Shown in pieces: positions 19,779 through 29,361 of a stretch of DNA of 64,000 nt. This DNA comes from a virus (taxonomy: Duplodnaviria; Heunggongvirae; Uroviricota; Caudoviricetes), in the IMG/VR virus record IMGVR_UViG_3300025093_000001. One strand, given 5' to 3'. Below the pieces are notes generated by a model. It ran no database searches. It was not told the DNA's origin and was given only the letters and a program-made list of their open reading frames with translations. How positions within the stretch are numbered: the first letter of the stretch is position 1; each line of letters begins with the position of its first letter. Both the position numbers and the translations under genes were made by a program.

Positions 19779-20893
19779 TAACTTTTTTCTCTGTTATAAA
19801 AATTTTCGATTTCACTAGAATTGGGTGGTGGTAACTCCATGAACTCATTTACTTTTCCATCGAAAAATAAACCAGCCTTGAGGTTTGGTCTACCCAATCT
19901 GTTTTTTAACACTTTAAGAGCCCTATAATTATCTCCTAATATAGAAGTATCATACTTTAGGTGTCTCTTAATTTCGTACCTATCAGGTGCGTACAGTGCC
20001 AATACTACAAAAGCATCACGCTGAGTTAACTTGTTGTCAGCTAGTCCATCTAAAGATGGTTCGAGTTTAGCTTCTACGCTGTTACCTCTGTAAAATTCCT
20101 GCTTCTCTTTCTCAGCAGCTTGCTGTTGTACATTAACAACTGTATATCCAAAATTCTTGGATATTTGTTTTCTGCAATAGTCTGCAGACCATTTGCTAAT
20201 AGTCTGGTGTTTGTTCATCATATGACCAGTTTCCCTATCTTTCTCCTCTTGTAGGAGACTAACATGGTCTGTAATTACAATTACAAACTCATTTGGGTCA
20301 TCAGGTTCATAGTAGTCATATATCTTATGAACTTTACCACCGTACTCTACATCTCTAAAGTGATGCGTACCATTTCTATCAGCATATTCTCTCACATGTT
20401 TATACAAACCTGTTGGATTATACACCGTATCTATAACCTCAACATACTTTTCAAAGTCTTCAAAGTACTCTTGGCACTCTTCAATCTTATCAATAATGTT
20501 TTGGTCGAGTCTGTCAGTGAATGATTGTAACTCAATTACACTAACATGGATGTTATAAACCATAGCAAGTCTGTTACTAATGAGACCTAACATAAACTCT
20601 TCTTTACTTTCTTCTAAAGCGAAGTACATAATCTTGAGTTTAACATCAGATTTACATTCCTTAACAAACATGTAAGGTTCCAATACGAACAATCTCTTGG
20701 TAAACTGGGTTTTCCCAATACCACTAGATGCCGTGACTATATAGTATAAGCCTTTAACAATTCCTGGAACATGACTAGCTAATTTTGGAAAGCTAGCAAA
20801 TGGGATATTGTTAATAAGACCCTTGTCCAAATTTTCTGCAGATTGCCTAATTTTACTTAACGTATCCTTAAACATACTACATTGTTTGTTCAA
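19778..20893 (-). CDS. Replicative DNA helicase (DnaB/SF4-like RecA-fold)
   Basis: Walker A SGIGKTQF and Walker B VIVITDHVSLL; adjacent to the primase. Confidence 0.6.
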   Translation of the reverse strand: MNKQCSMFKDTLSKIRQSAENLDKGLINNIPFASFPKLASHVPGIVKGLYYIVTASSGIGKTQFTKRLFVLEPYMFVKECKSDVKLKIMYFALEESKEEFMLGLISNRLAMVYNIHVSVIELQSFTDRLDQNIIDKIEECQEYFEDFEKYVEVIDTVYNPTGLYKHVREYADRNGTHHFRDVEYGGKVHKIYDYYEPDDPNEFVIVITDHVSLLQEEKDRETGHMMNKHQTISKWSADYCRKQISKNFGYTVVNVQQQAAEKEKQEFYRGNSVEAKLEPSLDGLADNKLTQRDAFVVLALYAPDRYEIKRHLKYDTSILGDNYRALKVLKNRLGRPNLKAGLFFDGKVNEFMELPPPNSSEIENFYNREKS

Positions 20894-21362
20894 ATGGGTT
20901 TTCAGGCTCTACAAAACCATCTGCAATTTGTTCACACTCTGCAGCCAAATTGGATGCTCCATCTTTTAAAATGAAATAGTGTGCCAACTGCATATACTTG
21001 TAGTTTTCCCTGGCTTTTCTTTCTACATAGCGGTGTGTTGCTTCGAGTATAAGGTCTTTATCATATTCAGGGTATTCTTTCAAAAACTGACGCATCTTTT
21101 TGATGCAAGCTTGTTTAGAACCCTTGACTAGATAACCTCCACTTCTTACTCCTGAAGGGAATAGACTTCTGTATTCATCTATCCATTCAACAACTTCTTT
21201 CAACTTAGGTGTTAACTTTTTAGCATTCACCTCTGCGAGAGCTTCTTCTGCTCTCTTTGTGAAAATTACTTCTCCATCTCCTCTTTCAACATATCCTCTA
21301 TTCTCAAGTTGCCTAAGCACTCCAAGAACATCGCACAATTGAAGTAATTTATCATTATCCAT
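20877..21362 (-). CDS. Hypothetical protein (possible winged-helix replication accessory)
   Basis: ORF in the replication module. Confidence 0.4.
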   Translation of the reverse strand: MDNDKLLQLCDVLGVLRQLENRGYVERGDGEVIFTKRAEEALAEVNAKKLTPKLKEVVEWIDEYRSLFPSGVRSGGYLVKGSKQACIKKMRQFLKEYPEYDKDLILEATHRYVERKARENYKYMQLAHYFILKDGASNLAAECEQIADGFVEPENPFEQTM

Positions 21363-21386
21363 TTTACAAATGTACTCCTTTTTTTA

Positions 21387-21569
21387 CTAATAAACAAAAT
21401 TATTGTACCGTTCAAGGAACATTTGTTCCTCAAATTCATCGCGAAGGTCTTCATCCTGCATATCAAGCATTGCTTGTTCCTTTGCAGCGTCATATTCCTT
21501 TCTTCTTTCTTGAGATTGTCTGATAAAAAACTCATCAACAGTCTCAACCTTTTTACTAATCAGTGGCAT
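21387..21569 (-). CDS. Small acidic protein
   Basis: 60-aa ORF; the alternative overlapping ORF 21266..21547 looks less protein-like. Confidence 0.3.
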   Translation of the reverse strand: MPLISKKVETVDEFFIRQSQERRKEYDAAKEQAMLDMQDEDLRDEFEEQMFLERYNNFVY

Positions 21570-22309
21570 ATGATTTTGGCTTGTGTTGTTATTTTATGGT
21601 CACTAGACCATCCATCAGTTGATTGCTTATACCTCTCATCATTAGCTTCTCTAAGAAATTCCTCTACTGTAAGACCAGTTTTAATTGATTTTGCAGTAAC
21701 ATTAGAGTGATTAAATTCCTCAGTAGTGAATACTCGCTTTTTGTGTAAACAATTATCCCATAGAGTTAGTAAAAAACTCATAGGGTCATGCTTTTCAACA
21801 TCGAATTTAAACAATCCTTTAAAAAACTTAGCATTCTGAAACAAGTGTCTACGACTCTTTCCAGTATCTCTAGGCATATACCAGAGACTTCGAAAGAAAT
21901 TCAATAAAATCAAGTTATGTTTATAACTAAGTAAAAGCTTGTACTTAATCCATACTGTTGACTTTTGAGTGATTATTCCTATTTGATTGTTATAAAGCGT
22001 ATCAAGATGTTTTCCCCAGTTATCGTTAAGTTTATACTCAGGCTTAAGTTTGTTAAAATCTGGTTCAATTATCTCACATGGTGTGATTAAATTGATGATT
22101 TTAACTAATTGTTCAGTTATCTCTGGAGTCTCTCCCCCCTTAGTATGAAAAAGGATTTCCTTCCTATCATCACAATGTCTTTTTATAAAAGAAAAACACG
22201 CTTGTGTTGCAGGATTTGAATCAAACTTTCCCTTTTCATTTAATACACCACCTTCTACTCTAAAATTCCCAGCTTTGCCCATACGAATCTTATTAAAGAA
22301 TTTCATCAA
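21560..22309 (-). CDS. Hypothetical protein
   Basis: ORF. Confidence 0.45.
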   Translation of the reverse strand: MMKFFNKIRMGKAGNFRVEGGVLNEKGKFDSNPATQACFSFIKRHCDDRKEILFHTKGGETPEITEQLVKIINLITPCEIIEPDFNKLKPEYKLNDNWGKHLDTLYNNQIGIITQKSTVWIKYKLLLSYKHNLILLNFFRSLWYMPRDTGKSRRHLFQNAKFFKGLFKFDVEKHDPMSFLLTLWDNCLHKKRVFTTEEFNHSNVTAKSIKTGLTVEEFLREANDERYKQSTDGWSSDHKITTQAKIICH

Positions 22310-22949
22310 ATAGATACTTGTTGATGATGTAACCCATTACTCCCATGACAATTCCATCACTGAGTTGTCTTTCTGGATGTCCTTGAATAGCCAAAGAGTT
22401 ACTTTTTGGATAGTAAACTATCTCAGGCTCATTTTGAACAGTATAGGTTTCTCCATCACCACGCTCATACAAGGAGCTACGGCTTGGTTCTGCCCAAGCA
22501 ACTAATTCATATTCATCCTTTGGTAGATTATATGGATACATCATTTGGTGATGTGTAGAAGTCATGGCAATTTTAACGCCATTATTCTTCTTATTGAATC
22601 TAACTGAGTGCTTTCCAACCATTGCGTGACTGGACACATTTTGCACTAGTTTTCCACCATTCATGACTGTAAGAAACTGCGAACCTCTACAAATACCCAA
22701 CATAGGTATTTTCATAGCTGATGCCATAGCAAAGACTCTTGCCTCTAATTCATCACGTTTTGGGTTTGCATATGTTGTTGGGTGAAACTTTTCACCATAG
22801 TACTTAGGTGACACATCAGCACCACCAGTAAACAGAACTAAATCTGCCTCAGTTAGTACTTTAGTATCTCTAGGCTTAATATCTAAGCCATTTAAGACAC
22901 CTATATAGCTTAAAGCTCCTCCTACAACATAAACGTTCAGTTGTTCCAC
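22293..22949 (-). CDS. Class I glutamine amidotransferase-like hydrolase (peptidase C26 / PuuD-like gamma-glutamyl hydrolase)
   Basis: GICRGSQ nucleophile elbow (Cys) with downstream His...E catalytic positions. Confidence 0.65.
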   Translation of the reverse strand: MEQLNVYVVGGALSYIGVLNGLDIKPRDTKVLTEADLVLFTGGADVSPKYYGEKFHPTTYANPKRDELEARVFAMASAMKIPMLGICRGSQFLTVMNGGKLVQNVSSHAMVGKHSVRFNKKNNGVKIAMTSTHHQMMYPYNLPKDEYELVAWAEPSRSSLYERGDGETYTVQNEPEIVYYPKSNSLAIQGHPERQLSDGIVMGVMGYIINKYLFDEIL

Positions 22950-24054
22950 TAAATGTTTTTTGCATTTATGTATTCAACAGGTCCATCTAAGTCCTGCAAT
23001 GCTTTAGCTACCCATTTCTCATCCTGAGTTTGTAACACCTGCATAATATAAAATTCTGCTTGATGTCCCTCTCTCCATCTTACGATACGTCCAAGACGTT
23101 GGATAAGTTCTCTTGGTTGGCTATTTAATTGCACTACAAGGGCTTTATCGACATTAGGTATGTTAGTACCTTCATTGACCTTATCAGCTACTCCTAAACG
23201 GCTTATTTTGCCCTCTATGAACTTCTTATATGCCTCATCATTAGTCTTAGAATGAAAAGTGTGAGCACACAACTCATCAATTCTAGGAATTGATTTATGG
23301 AATATAAGGATTCGGTCTTCTTTTGGAAGTGAAGCCAATAACCTAGTGGCTACATTATGCTTACTTCTCAAATTATAGATAAATCTCATTCTGTTAAGGT
23401 ATAAGTACTTAGGTACATCCTTACCTGAGAACATTATTCTCCTTATTTGATTAGACAAGTATTGATACTGCTGCATTTCGGTCGTATAAAAACGATTCTT
23501 CTTATTACCAGCTAAGATATACTTCTCTTTATCATCTAAGAAAGACTCTATAATCTTGATTTTATATGGTGCTGCTATTCCTAAAGCAACTGCTTCATCT
23601 AATGGTAAATGGTAAACCACTTTTAAACCAATAGACTCTAACAATGACCTTTTAACCTCTTCATGAGGTGGTGTTGCAGACAAACCAATGGTATTTCCTA
23701 CCTTGTTCTGTTGAAAAAATTGATAATTGTTTTCAGTAATTCTATGACATTCATCAAGAACTACTAGGTCAAATTCATAACCCTCTAGTTTGTTGAGACT
23801 GGCATAACATACGAGATGGACTTTGCTGAAATCAGAACCCCACTTAACAAATTCTTGTTTAATCCCTTCATCTCGGAGTTTCTCTGTGGGTACAACCCAA
23901 AGGATTCTCCTCTTCCCTTGTTCTTTAGCAATTCAACGTAGTCAATTCCTACTTTTGTTTTACCAGTTCCTGTAGCCATAGCTACTAAGCCACTACCGCC
24001 TTGCGACGTGACTGCTTGTAATGCTTCTTTTTGGACTCTATCCTTTTCTTGCAT
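22949..24054 (-). pseudogene. SF2 (DEAD/DEAH-like) DNA helicase interrupted by a -1 frameshift near 23925..23935
   Basis: N-terminal piece (23785..24054) carries Walker A ATGTGKT. After a one-base frame change the reading continues RILWVVPT...DLVVLDECHR...GLSATP and then motif VI QRLGRIVRW into 22949..23683. Confidence 0.6.
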
Positions 24055-24509
24055 ATACCTAAATCAATAACATAGATAGTCACTTTCCTTTTTGAATTAG
24101 GATTGTAACTCTCCTGAATCTTATTTGCAATTTTCCTTACATCTGCTGCAAATTCTGGAGCTTTTATCTCATTATTTGACATGAGAAATTGCCCAGTTGC
24201 CCTTTTCAGTGACCATATATCCTCCATAGGCTTATAGAATTCAGAAAAGATACGTTCTAGAAGACTTTTTGTAGTTCTTCTAGAGTCTAACATAATGTTC
24301 AATCTTTCTGTGTTCATAGCATATTGAGAAATGAACTTTGTACCACATGAACCTGCAAGAGTAGTTATATTAAACCCTATTAACACATCCAAACCTGTTG
24401 TTCCTAGTCTGAATCTGTTTGTTGTTATTTCAACTTGGATTTGTGGATGATACTCTTCTCTGAAATAAGGAAGTATAGCTGCCCTAAATCTTCTACTATC
24501 TCTGCTCAT
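23985..24509 (-). CDS. Hypothetical protein
   Basis: ORF; overlaps the helicase start by 70 nt. Confidence 0.4.
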   Translation of the reverse strand: MSRDSRRFRAAILPYFREEYHPQIQVEITTNRFRLGTTGLDVLIGFNITTLAGSCGTKFISQYAMNTERLNIMLDSRRTTKSLLERIFSEFYKPMEDIWSLKRATGQFLMSNNEIKAPEFAADVRKIANKIQESYNPNSKRKVTIYVIDLGICKKRIESKKKHYKQSRRKAVVA

Positions 24510-25099
24510 TAGAATGGAGAATAATTGTCGTTACATAAAACTGAAACCCTGTTACCAAAGCTATCATAATTTTCTACAGTTCCTAAATCTAACTCTGGAA
24601 TACAATTTAGACTAAGAAAAAATGATGTCTGTGGAATATTCAGGTTGTAACGTTGACCTAAAAATTCTACTTGACACACTTGTTGGTACTTATAATCCTT
24701 AACGCTGCCTTCAAATACTGCTGAAGTAGCTACTAATGAGGTTATTACAATCTCATTAGCAAGCTTTGTTTCATTCAGAAATGCTTGAACTGCATTGCGT
24801 TTCTCGTGGTTAGGCATAAATGTAATAACTTTGTCAGCTGATGTGTACAAAGCTAGCATTAAACCTAATAATCCTATTTGGTCAGTAGTATTCTGAGTGA
24901 CCAAAACAGGCAGATTTGGTTTGAAAGTACTCATTTGTTCATCAAGAACTTTACATAATGAGTACACCATCATAAATTCTTCAAACAGATTAGTGTCGAA
25001 GCTATGATATTTTTCCATTCTTGTCAAAAACTGATTAACAATACCCAAATTAGGGTCTTTAATCAACTTAGATAAGAATTGATTCTGAACATCTAACAT
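24509..25099 (-). CDS. Hypothetical protein
   Basis: ORF. Confidence 0.45.
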   Translation of the reverse strand: MLDVQNQFLSKLIKDPNLGIVNQFLTRMEKYHSFDTNLFEEFMMVYSLCKVLDEQMSTFKPNLPVLVTQNTTDQIGLLGLMLALYTSADKVITFMPNHEKRNAVQAFLNETKLANEIVITSLVATSAVFEGSVKDYKYQQVCQVEFLGQRYNLNIPQTSFFLSLNCIPELDLGTVENYDSFGNRVSVLCNDNYSPF

Positions 25100-27076
25100 T
25101 TAATGTTTCCAATAGGAAGTTATTTGAGGTTCAGCTTGTAGAGGAACTACTTTACAGTAGTAGTTACCTGCATTTTCCATGCATACTTTTAAAAGATTTG
25201 AGACGTGTTCAGCAATTTCTTCAGGGCATTCCACTACAATCTCATCATGAATGAAGTTACAAATCTTAACTGTAAACAGTAAGTTCTGCTCTATCAACTT
25301 GTTGAGAAATAGTATACCTGCTACTTTTGTGATACTCGCTGAAGTTCCTTGAATAGGATAGTTCAATGCTTTTCTCTCAATTGCAGCTTTCTGTCTATAA
25401 AAAGTGCTAACGACTGGTCTTAACTCTCTATGAAAGTATTCATCGTCTTTTTCTTTATGGTATCTGTACTCATCCCAAAATTCTGGAGTGAGTTTCTCTT
25501 GTTCTGTATCAAACCATTGCTTATCAAAGAATAGTTTGGATTGGTCTACCTCATTAAATAGAATATATCCCTTTTTCCATAACTCATCTTTCTTCTTCTT
25601 GAAATAGTCATTTAGACCTGGGAAGGCATCAAAGTAAGCTTTGTATACAGCTTCTCCCTGTTCAATAGGAATAGATAAATTGTTTGATATTGTCCAACCA
25701 TTACCACCATAGTTAATGGCAAAACCTGCAGCTTTAGCAATCTGTCTTAATTCAGGATAATTGGCTTTAATCTCCTTAAGAGATAAACCTTTCAACTCAG
25801 GGAATATCTTAGAAGCAACAAAACTGTGCATATCTCCAAGATTCTGTGCATAGAAATGCAACAATCCCTCATCCATAGACTGATTGGCTAATACAATCTG
25901 CTCTTGTCCTGAATAGTCAGCTACAACAAGAGTATTACCCTCTTCTGCAACAAAGCAACTTCTTACTTCTTCTGCAGCAGGGATATTTTGGAAGTTTAGA
26001 GTCTGTACACCTGTACTAGAATCTTTACCACCAGAACTGAGTCTCATAGTGTCCATTATTTGAGTAAACTGTGTATGCAGTCTACCAGAGGCAGGATTAA
26101 TCTGGTCAGTTACATTAGTACCATAAGTAGATACTTGTTTTTGCAAACCTTTGTACCTAAGATACACAGGTAAGATAGGATGTTTATCCTTTTGAGGTCT
26201 TATTACAGGGGCCTCGATACTTTTGGATTTCTTTCCATCTTTTTCAACTATTAGGTCTAAACCTAAATCCTCAAAGAAGGGAATGACTTGGTGAGAACTA
26301 TTCCAATTGATAGCAGAACCAACAGGTAGGAACATGTCCAACTGTTTTTCTTGATACTTTGGAAAATCTCTTATGATATAATCATCCAACTCTTTTTCAA
26401 CCTTCTCTAGCTTTTCAATATTCCTTTTGTATAGAGATAACCACTTCTCCTTGTCCAATTTAAATCCACAGAATTCACAGTAAGCAAGTACAGGACAATA
26501 GGAATTTTGAAGGCGAATAGCCCTCTCTAAACCTAGTCTCTTTACTTTCTTCATCTGCTCTGTGCGAATTTGATTAAGATACTTAACATCACGTCCCGCA
26601 TAAGTAATTACAGTGTCGTCTAGCCCACGGTAATGAATTTGACCACGCACTTCCTTACTAAGCTCAACGTTGCAGTATCTTTTAACCAAGGCATCAAGAC
26701 TCATTCTAAGGAATCTTGGTTTACCTAAATTAAGCATTCTTTCCACGAGATATGTATCATACACTTTAGTGCAGACAATATTATTCATGAATAAGAATCT
26801 CAAATCAAATTTTGCATTTTGAAATAAGTATGTTTTATCTGACTGTTCAAAAAACTCTTTATAATCAGCAATAGGATAATCCTTTTCACTAATTACAAAT
26901 TGAGTATTTCCGTCACCTATCTGCCAACACAATAGATTTTTAGTCCAAGGGTCAAAACCCTCAGTCTCTGTGTCAACTTCAACAAACTCCTTATCTTCAA
27001 AATATTTTAATGCATCTTCAATAGATGCAAGGGGAATGGACTCTCTCTTCTCCGAATCTCCTACAAAATATATCAC
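25100..27076 (-). CDS. polA: Family A DNA polymerase with 3'-5' exonuclease domain
   Basis: Exo motif EVDTET; motif B RQIAKAAGFAINYGG; motif C IHDEIVVE. Confidence 0.85.
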   Translation of the reverse strand: MIYFVGDSEKRESIPLASIEDALKYFEDKEFVEVDTETEGFDPWTKNLLCWQIGDGNTQFVISEKDYPIADYKEFFEQSDKTYLFQNAKFDLRFLFMNNIVCTKVYDTYLVERMLNLGKPRFLRMSLDALVKRYCNVELSKEVRGQIHYRGLDDTVITYAGRDVKYLNQIRTEQMKKVKRLGLERAIRLQNSYCPVLAYCEFCGFKLDKEKWLSLYKRNIEKLEKVEKELDDYIIRDFPKYQEKQLDMFLPVGSAINWNSSHQVIPFFEDLGLDLIVEKDGKKSKSIEAPVIRPQKDKHPILPVYLRYKGLQKQVSTYGTNVTDQINPASGRLHTQFTQIMDTMRLSSGGKDSSTGVQTLNFQNIPAAEEVRSCFVAEEGNTLVVADYSGQEQIVLANQSMDEGLLHFYAQNLGDMHSFVASKIFPELKGLSLKEIKANYPELRQIAKAAGFAINYGGNGWTISNNLSIPIEQGEAVYKAYFDAFPGLNDYFKKKKDELWKKGYILFNEVDQSKLFFDKQWFDTEQEKLTPEFWDEYRYHKEKDDEYFHRELRPVVSTFYRQKAAIERKALNYPIQGTSASITKVAGILFLNKLIEQNLLFTVKICNFIHDEIVVECPEEIAEHVSNLLKVCMENAGNYYCKVVPLQAEPQITSYWKH

Positions 27077-27085
27077 TAATTCCTC

Positions 27086-27754
27086 CTAACTTTTGTATGA
27101 CAATACGACAATTTCATGCCCAGTGTTTTTGTTTACAAAACTGTCTATTTCTCTAAAACCAAAATAGATTAGGGCATCAATTTGGGCTTTTTGACTATCT
27201 CTTCTTAGATAGACAATGTTGTGAGTCCTCATTTTAGTTATCTCTTCTAAGATTTCACGTTCCTCACTTGTTATCTTACCAGTGCCCCCTTTCACATTAT
27301 GAGCAAAATCTGAAATAACAGTAGCTCCACAACAATCTGGAACTTGTTCAGCAGCAAAATATCTAAGAGTACCCCCTTGTGTAATTTTAGGAGCTAACCT
27401 GTAATTCTGTGAAGTTGTAACACTTGCGAATATACACATATTACGGATAGCTTCTGCCTCAGCCTTAGTTTTAGCAGTGCCTAAGATTACTAAACCATTT
27501 TCAAAAATAGTTTTATCTCGCTCCTCATCATAGTATACTGGACTTGTCTTAAGACGATCGTAAACTTTACCATTTTCGTATATACTTTCTCCATATCCAT
27601 CAGTATCTTCAAAGGTTACTTTATCACCATTAATGTCAATGAGTAACCCTTTAAATACATCATATGCAGTGTCAGAAGCAATTGAGGGATAGATATACTT
27701 ACAAATATACCAATGTCCTACTTTAAGCTTTAAATCACGACAATTTATCTCCAT
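27086..27754 (-). CDS. GNAT-like fold protein, paralog of 28001..28591 (shared CCG-x-V motif)
   Basis: PDCCGATVISDF...VKGGTGKI aligns with GCCGIVVSTG...YRGKGIGT of the neighbouring GNAT. Confidence 0.35.
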   Translation of the reverse strand: MEINCRDLKLKVGHWYICKYIYPSIASDTAYDVFKGLLIDINGDKVTFEDTDGYGESIYENGKVYDRLKTSPVYYDEERDKTIFENGLVILGTAKTKAEAEAIRNMCIFASVTTSQNYRLAPKITQGGTLRYFAAEQVPDCCGATVISDFAHNVKGGTGKITSEEREILEEITKMRTHNIVYLRRDSQKAQIDALIYFGFREIDSFVNKNTGHEIVVLSYKS

Positions 27755-28023
27755 CTTACTACAGTTATGAGGTGAAGCATTTTAGTTCGGAATTTATGTA
27801 GTACATTGACTTCATAATCCAAATTAAGCTCCTTTCTCAGTTCCTTGTTAGAGGTTTTCCAAATAGGCACAATTACATGGCTTTTCTTTCTACCTCTTGT
27901 GATTTTTCTGTTGTTGCCTGTAGGCATCTTATATCTACGAAGCCTCCGCGAGGGAAACTCTTGGCGTAGAATCTGTCCTGGCCTCAGGTGCAGAATGTCT
28001 TCATGTGTTACGGTCCTGTTCAT
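27745..28023 (-). CDS. Small basic protein
   Basis: ORF. Confidence 0.3.
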   Translation of the reverse strand: MNRTVTHEDILHLRPGQILRQEFPSRRLRRYKMPTGNNRKITRGRKKSHVIVPIWKTSNKELRKELNLDYEVNVLHKFRTKMLHLITVVRWR

Positions 28024-28591
28024 TGAGATTGTAAATATGAACTCCTAAATCATTCCCTGTTCTAGGGTTATTGAACGTATTGACGAGTTCCCATTCATTA
28101 CGTTCCAAAATTTTTTGTTGTGGTGTATTACTGAGGATAGTGGTACACATTAAACATCCAAATCCATTAGCTCTCGCTATGTCTTTACGAAGTTCATTAA
28201 GAATAGTACCAATACCTTTACCTCTGTACTTTGGGTCTACAGTAGACCCTGTAGAGACAACTATTCCACAACATCCGGGCATTTGTCTCATGGTAAATTC
28301 TGAAATTACTTTACCACTAAGAGTGAGTAATCTGAAAGTCTGCCTACTTGAGTAATCATACCCATAGTTTAACTTAAAGGTATAACCATTCCCGTAATCT
28401 CTGACAACAGCCCAGCCGTGCCCAAGAATATCAGTTAGTTGTTGTTCATAAGGTTTTAAGACATCTTGTCTTTTACTTGTAACCTGTTTGACAACTCTTT
28501 TGAGCTTTCTAAGCCCTCGATTTAAACTAGCCATTTCATAAGTTTTTAGTGGACCTGAGGGGAGTCGAACCCCCGTCCAGCGTAACATCAA
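28001..28591 (-). CDS. GNAT family N-acyltransferase
   Basis: RGKGIGTILNEL (R/Q-x-x-G-x-G acyl-CoA binding motif) after a beta strand. Confidence 0.55.
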   Translation of the reverse strand: MMLRWTGVRLPSGPLKTYEMASLNRGLRKLKRVVKQVTSKRQDVLKPYEQQLTDILGHGWAVVRDYGNGYTFKLNYGYDYSSRQTFRLLTLSGKVISEFTMRQMPGCCGIVVSTGSTVDPKYRGKGIGTILNELRKDIARANGFGCLMCTTILSNTPQQKILERNEWELVNTFNNPRTGNDLGVHIYNLNEQDRNT

Positions 28592-28954
28592 ATATACAAA
28601 TTATACATGCTTAAAAATTAGGGCTGAATCTGGAATTCAACCTCCACCAGGGTAGTGATAACAGCTAAACCTACGGGTCTTTCAAGGATACTGTCACTCC
28701 AAATTTATACTCTCCTTATCCTTTTTCGAGTTAAATTTTACCCCTTTTCTGTTCCTAGGTAGGGATAACACCTGCTGCATTACGCTACTGCTACTTCACG
28801 CTCTGCAACTACCATAGTTGAGATGAACTCTTCTACAGTAGTGTTAGATAAACTGTTTCCAGTTATTTGTTAATTTACGAGATTCAAGTCAGAGTAAATC
28901 AATCTGACTGCATGTTCATATACTCTCAGATACCTGTCAATTCCAGTCAGGCCC
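28550..28954 (-). ncRNA. ssrA: Candidate tmRNA (ssrA-like), about 405 nt
   Basis: Minus-strand 5' end GGGCCUGACUGGAAUUGACAGG closely matches the tmRNA 5' consensus GGGGCUGAUUCUGGAUUCGACGGG. The 3' end GGACGGGGGUUCGACUCCCCUCAGGUCCA gives a T-arm plus a 7-bp acceptor pairing with the 5' end, including a G3-U wobble. CUCGUAAAU and an internal about 30-codon open frame ending ..VAVA-UAA sit where a tag ORF is expected. Confidence 0.5.
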
Positions 28955-29361
28955 TAAAATAGTTTCTTCTGTAAACTGGCTTCAAAGCCGTATAAGAAGA
29001 TTTTCACATTTAATCCAGCTAAGTTAGCCAGATTTATCATGTGTTTTGTTCCTTTTGAACGTCCGTCCCAAAATACTACCAATGCATCAGCATAGTCAGC
29101 CATTTGTTTGTTACGGATATATCCTGCAGATTTACCATGTTTATCCCAGTCTGCAGGAAACTGACGAAGGGGAATAGAATGCTCTTTGGCAAACTTTTCC
29201 CCCAATCTATCAGCTCCTCTTGCAGTGCCTGAGACAATCTCACTTATCTCAGCAATATCGTAGTTATTTAACAATATATGCTTAAGATGAGCATAGTCTG
29301 TAAAGTCTCTGCTACCTGCAATTATGAGTTTCATTCGAAAGGTATTGAATACTCTTGACAA
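28954..29361 (-). CDS. SLOG-fold protein (DUF2493/YspA-like, LOG/DprA-related Rossmann fold); predicted nucleotide-binding
   Basis: IIAGSRDF...GxARGAD...ALVVFWDGRSKGTKHMI pattern. Confidence 0.5.
   Translation of the reverse strand: MSRVFNTFRMKLIIAGSRDFTDYAHLKHILLNNYDIAEISEIVSGTARGADRLGEKFAKEHSIPLRQFPADWDKHGKSAGYIRNKQMADYADALVVFWDGRSKGTKHMINLANLAGLNVKIFLYGFEASLQKKLF

Noticed and set aside
21266-21547. 93-aa minus ORF
   Set aside because: Overlaps the start of 20877..21362 and competes with the more protein-like 21387..21569.
28621-28700. Possible second tRNA (GGTTGAATTCC T-loop-like word)
   Set aside because: No compatible acceptor or anticodon stems. The segment is better explained as part of the 3' domain of the tmRNA candidate.
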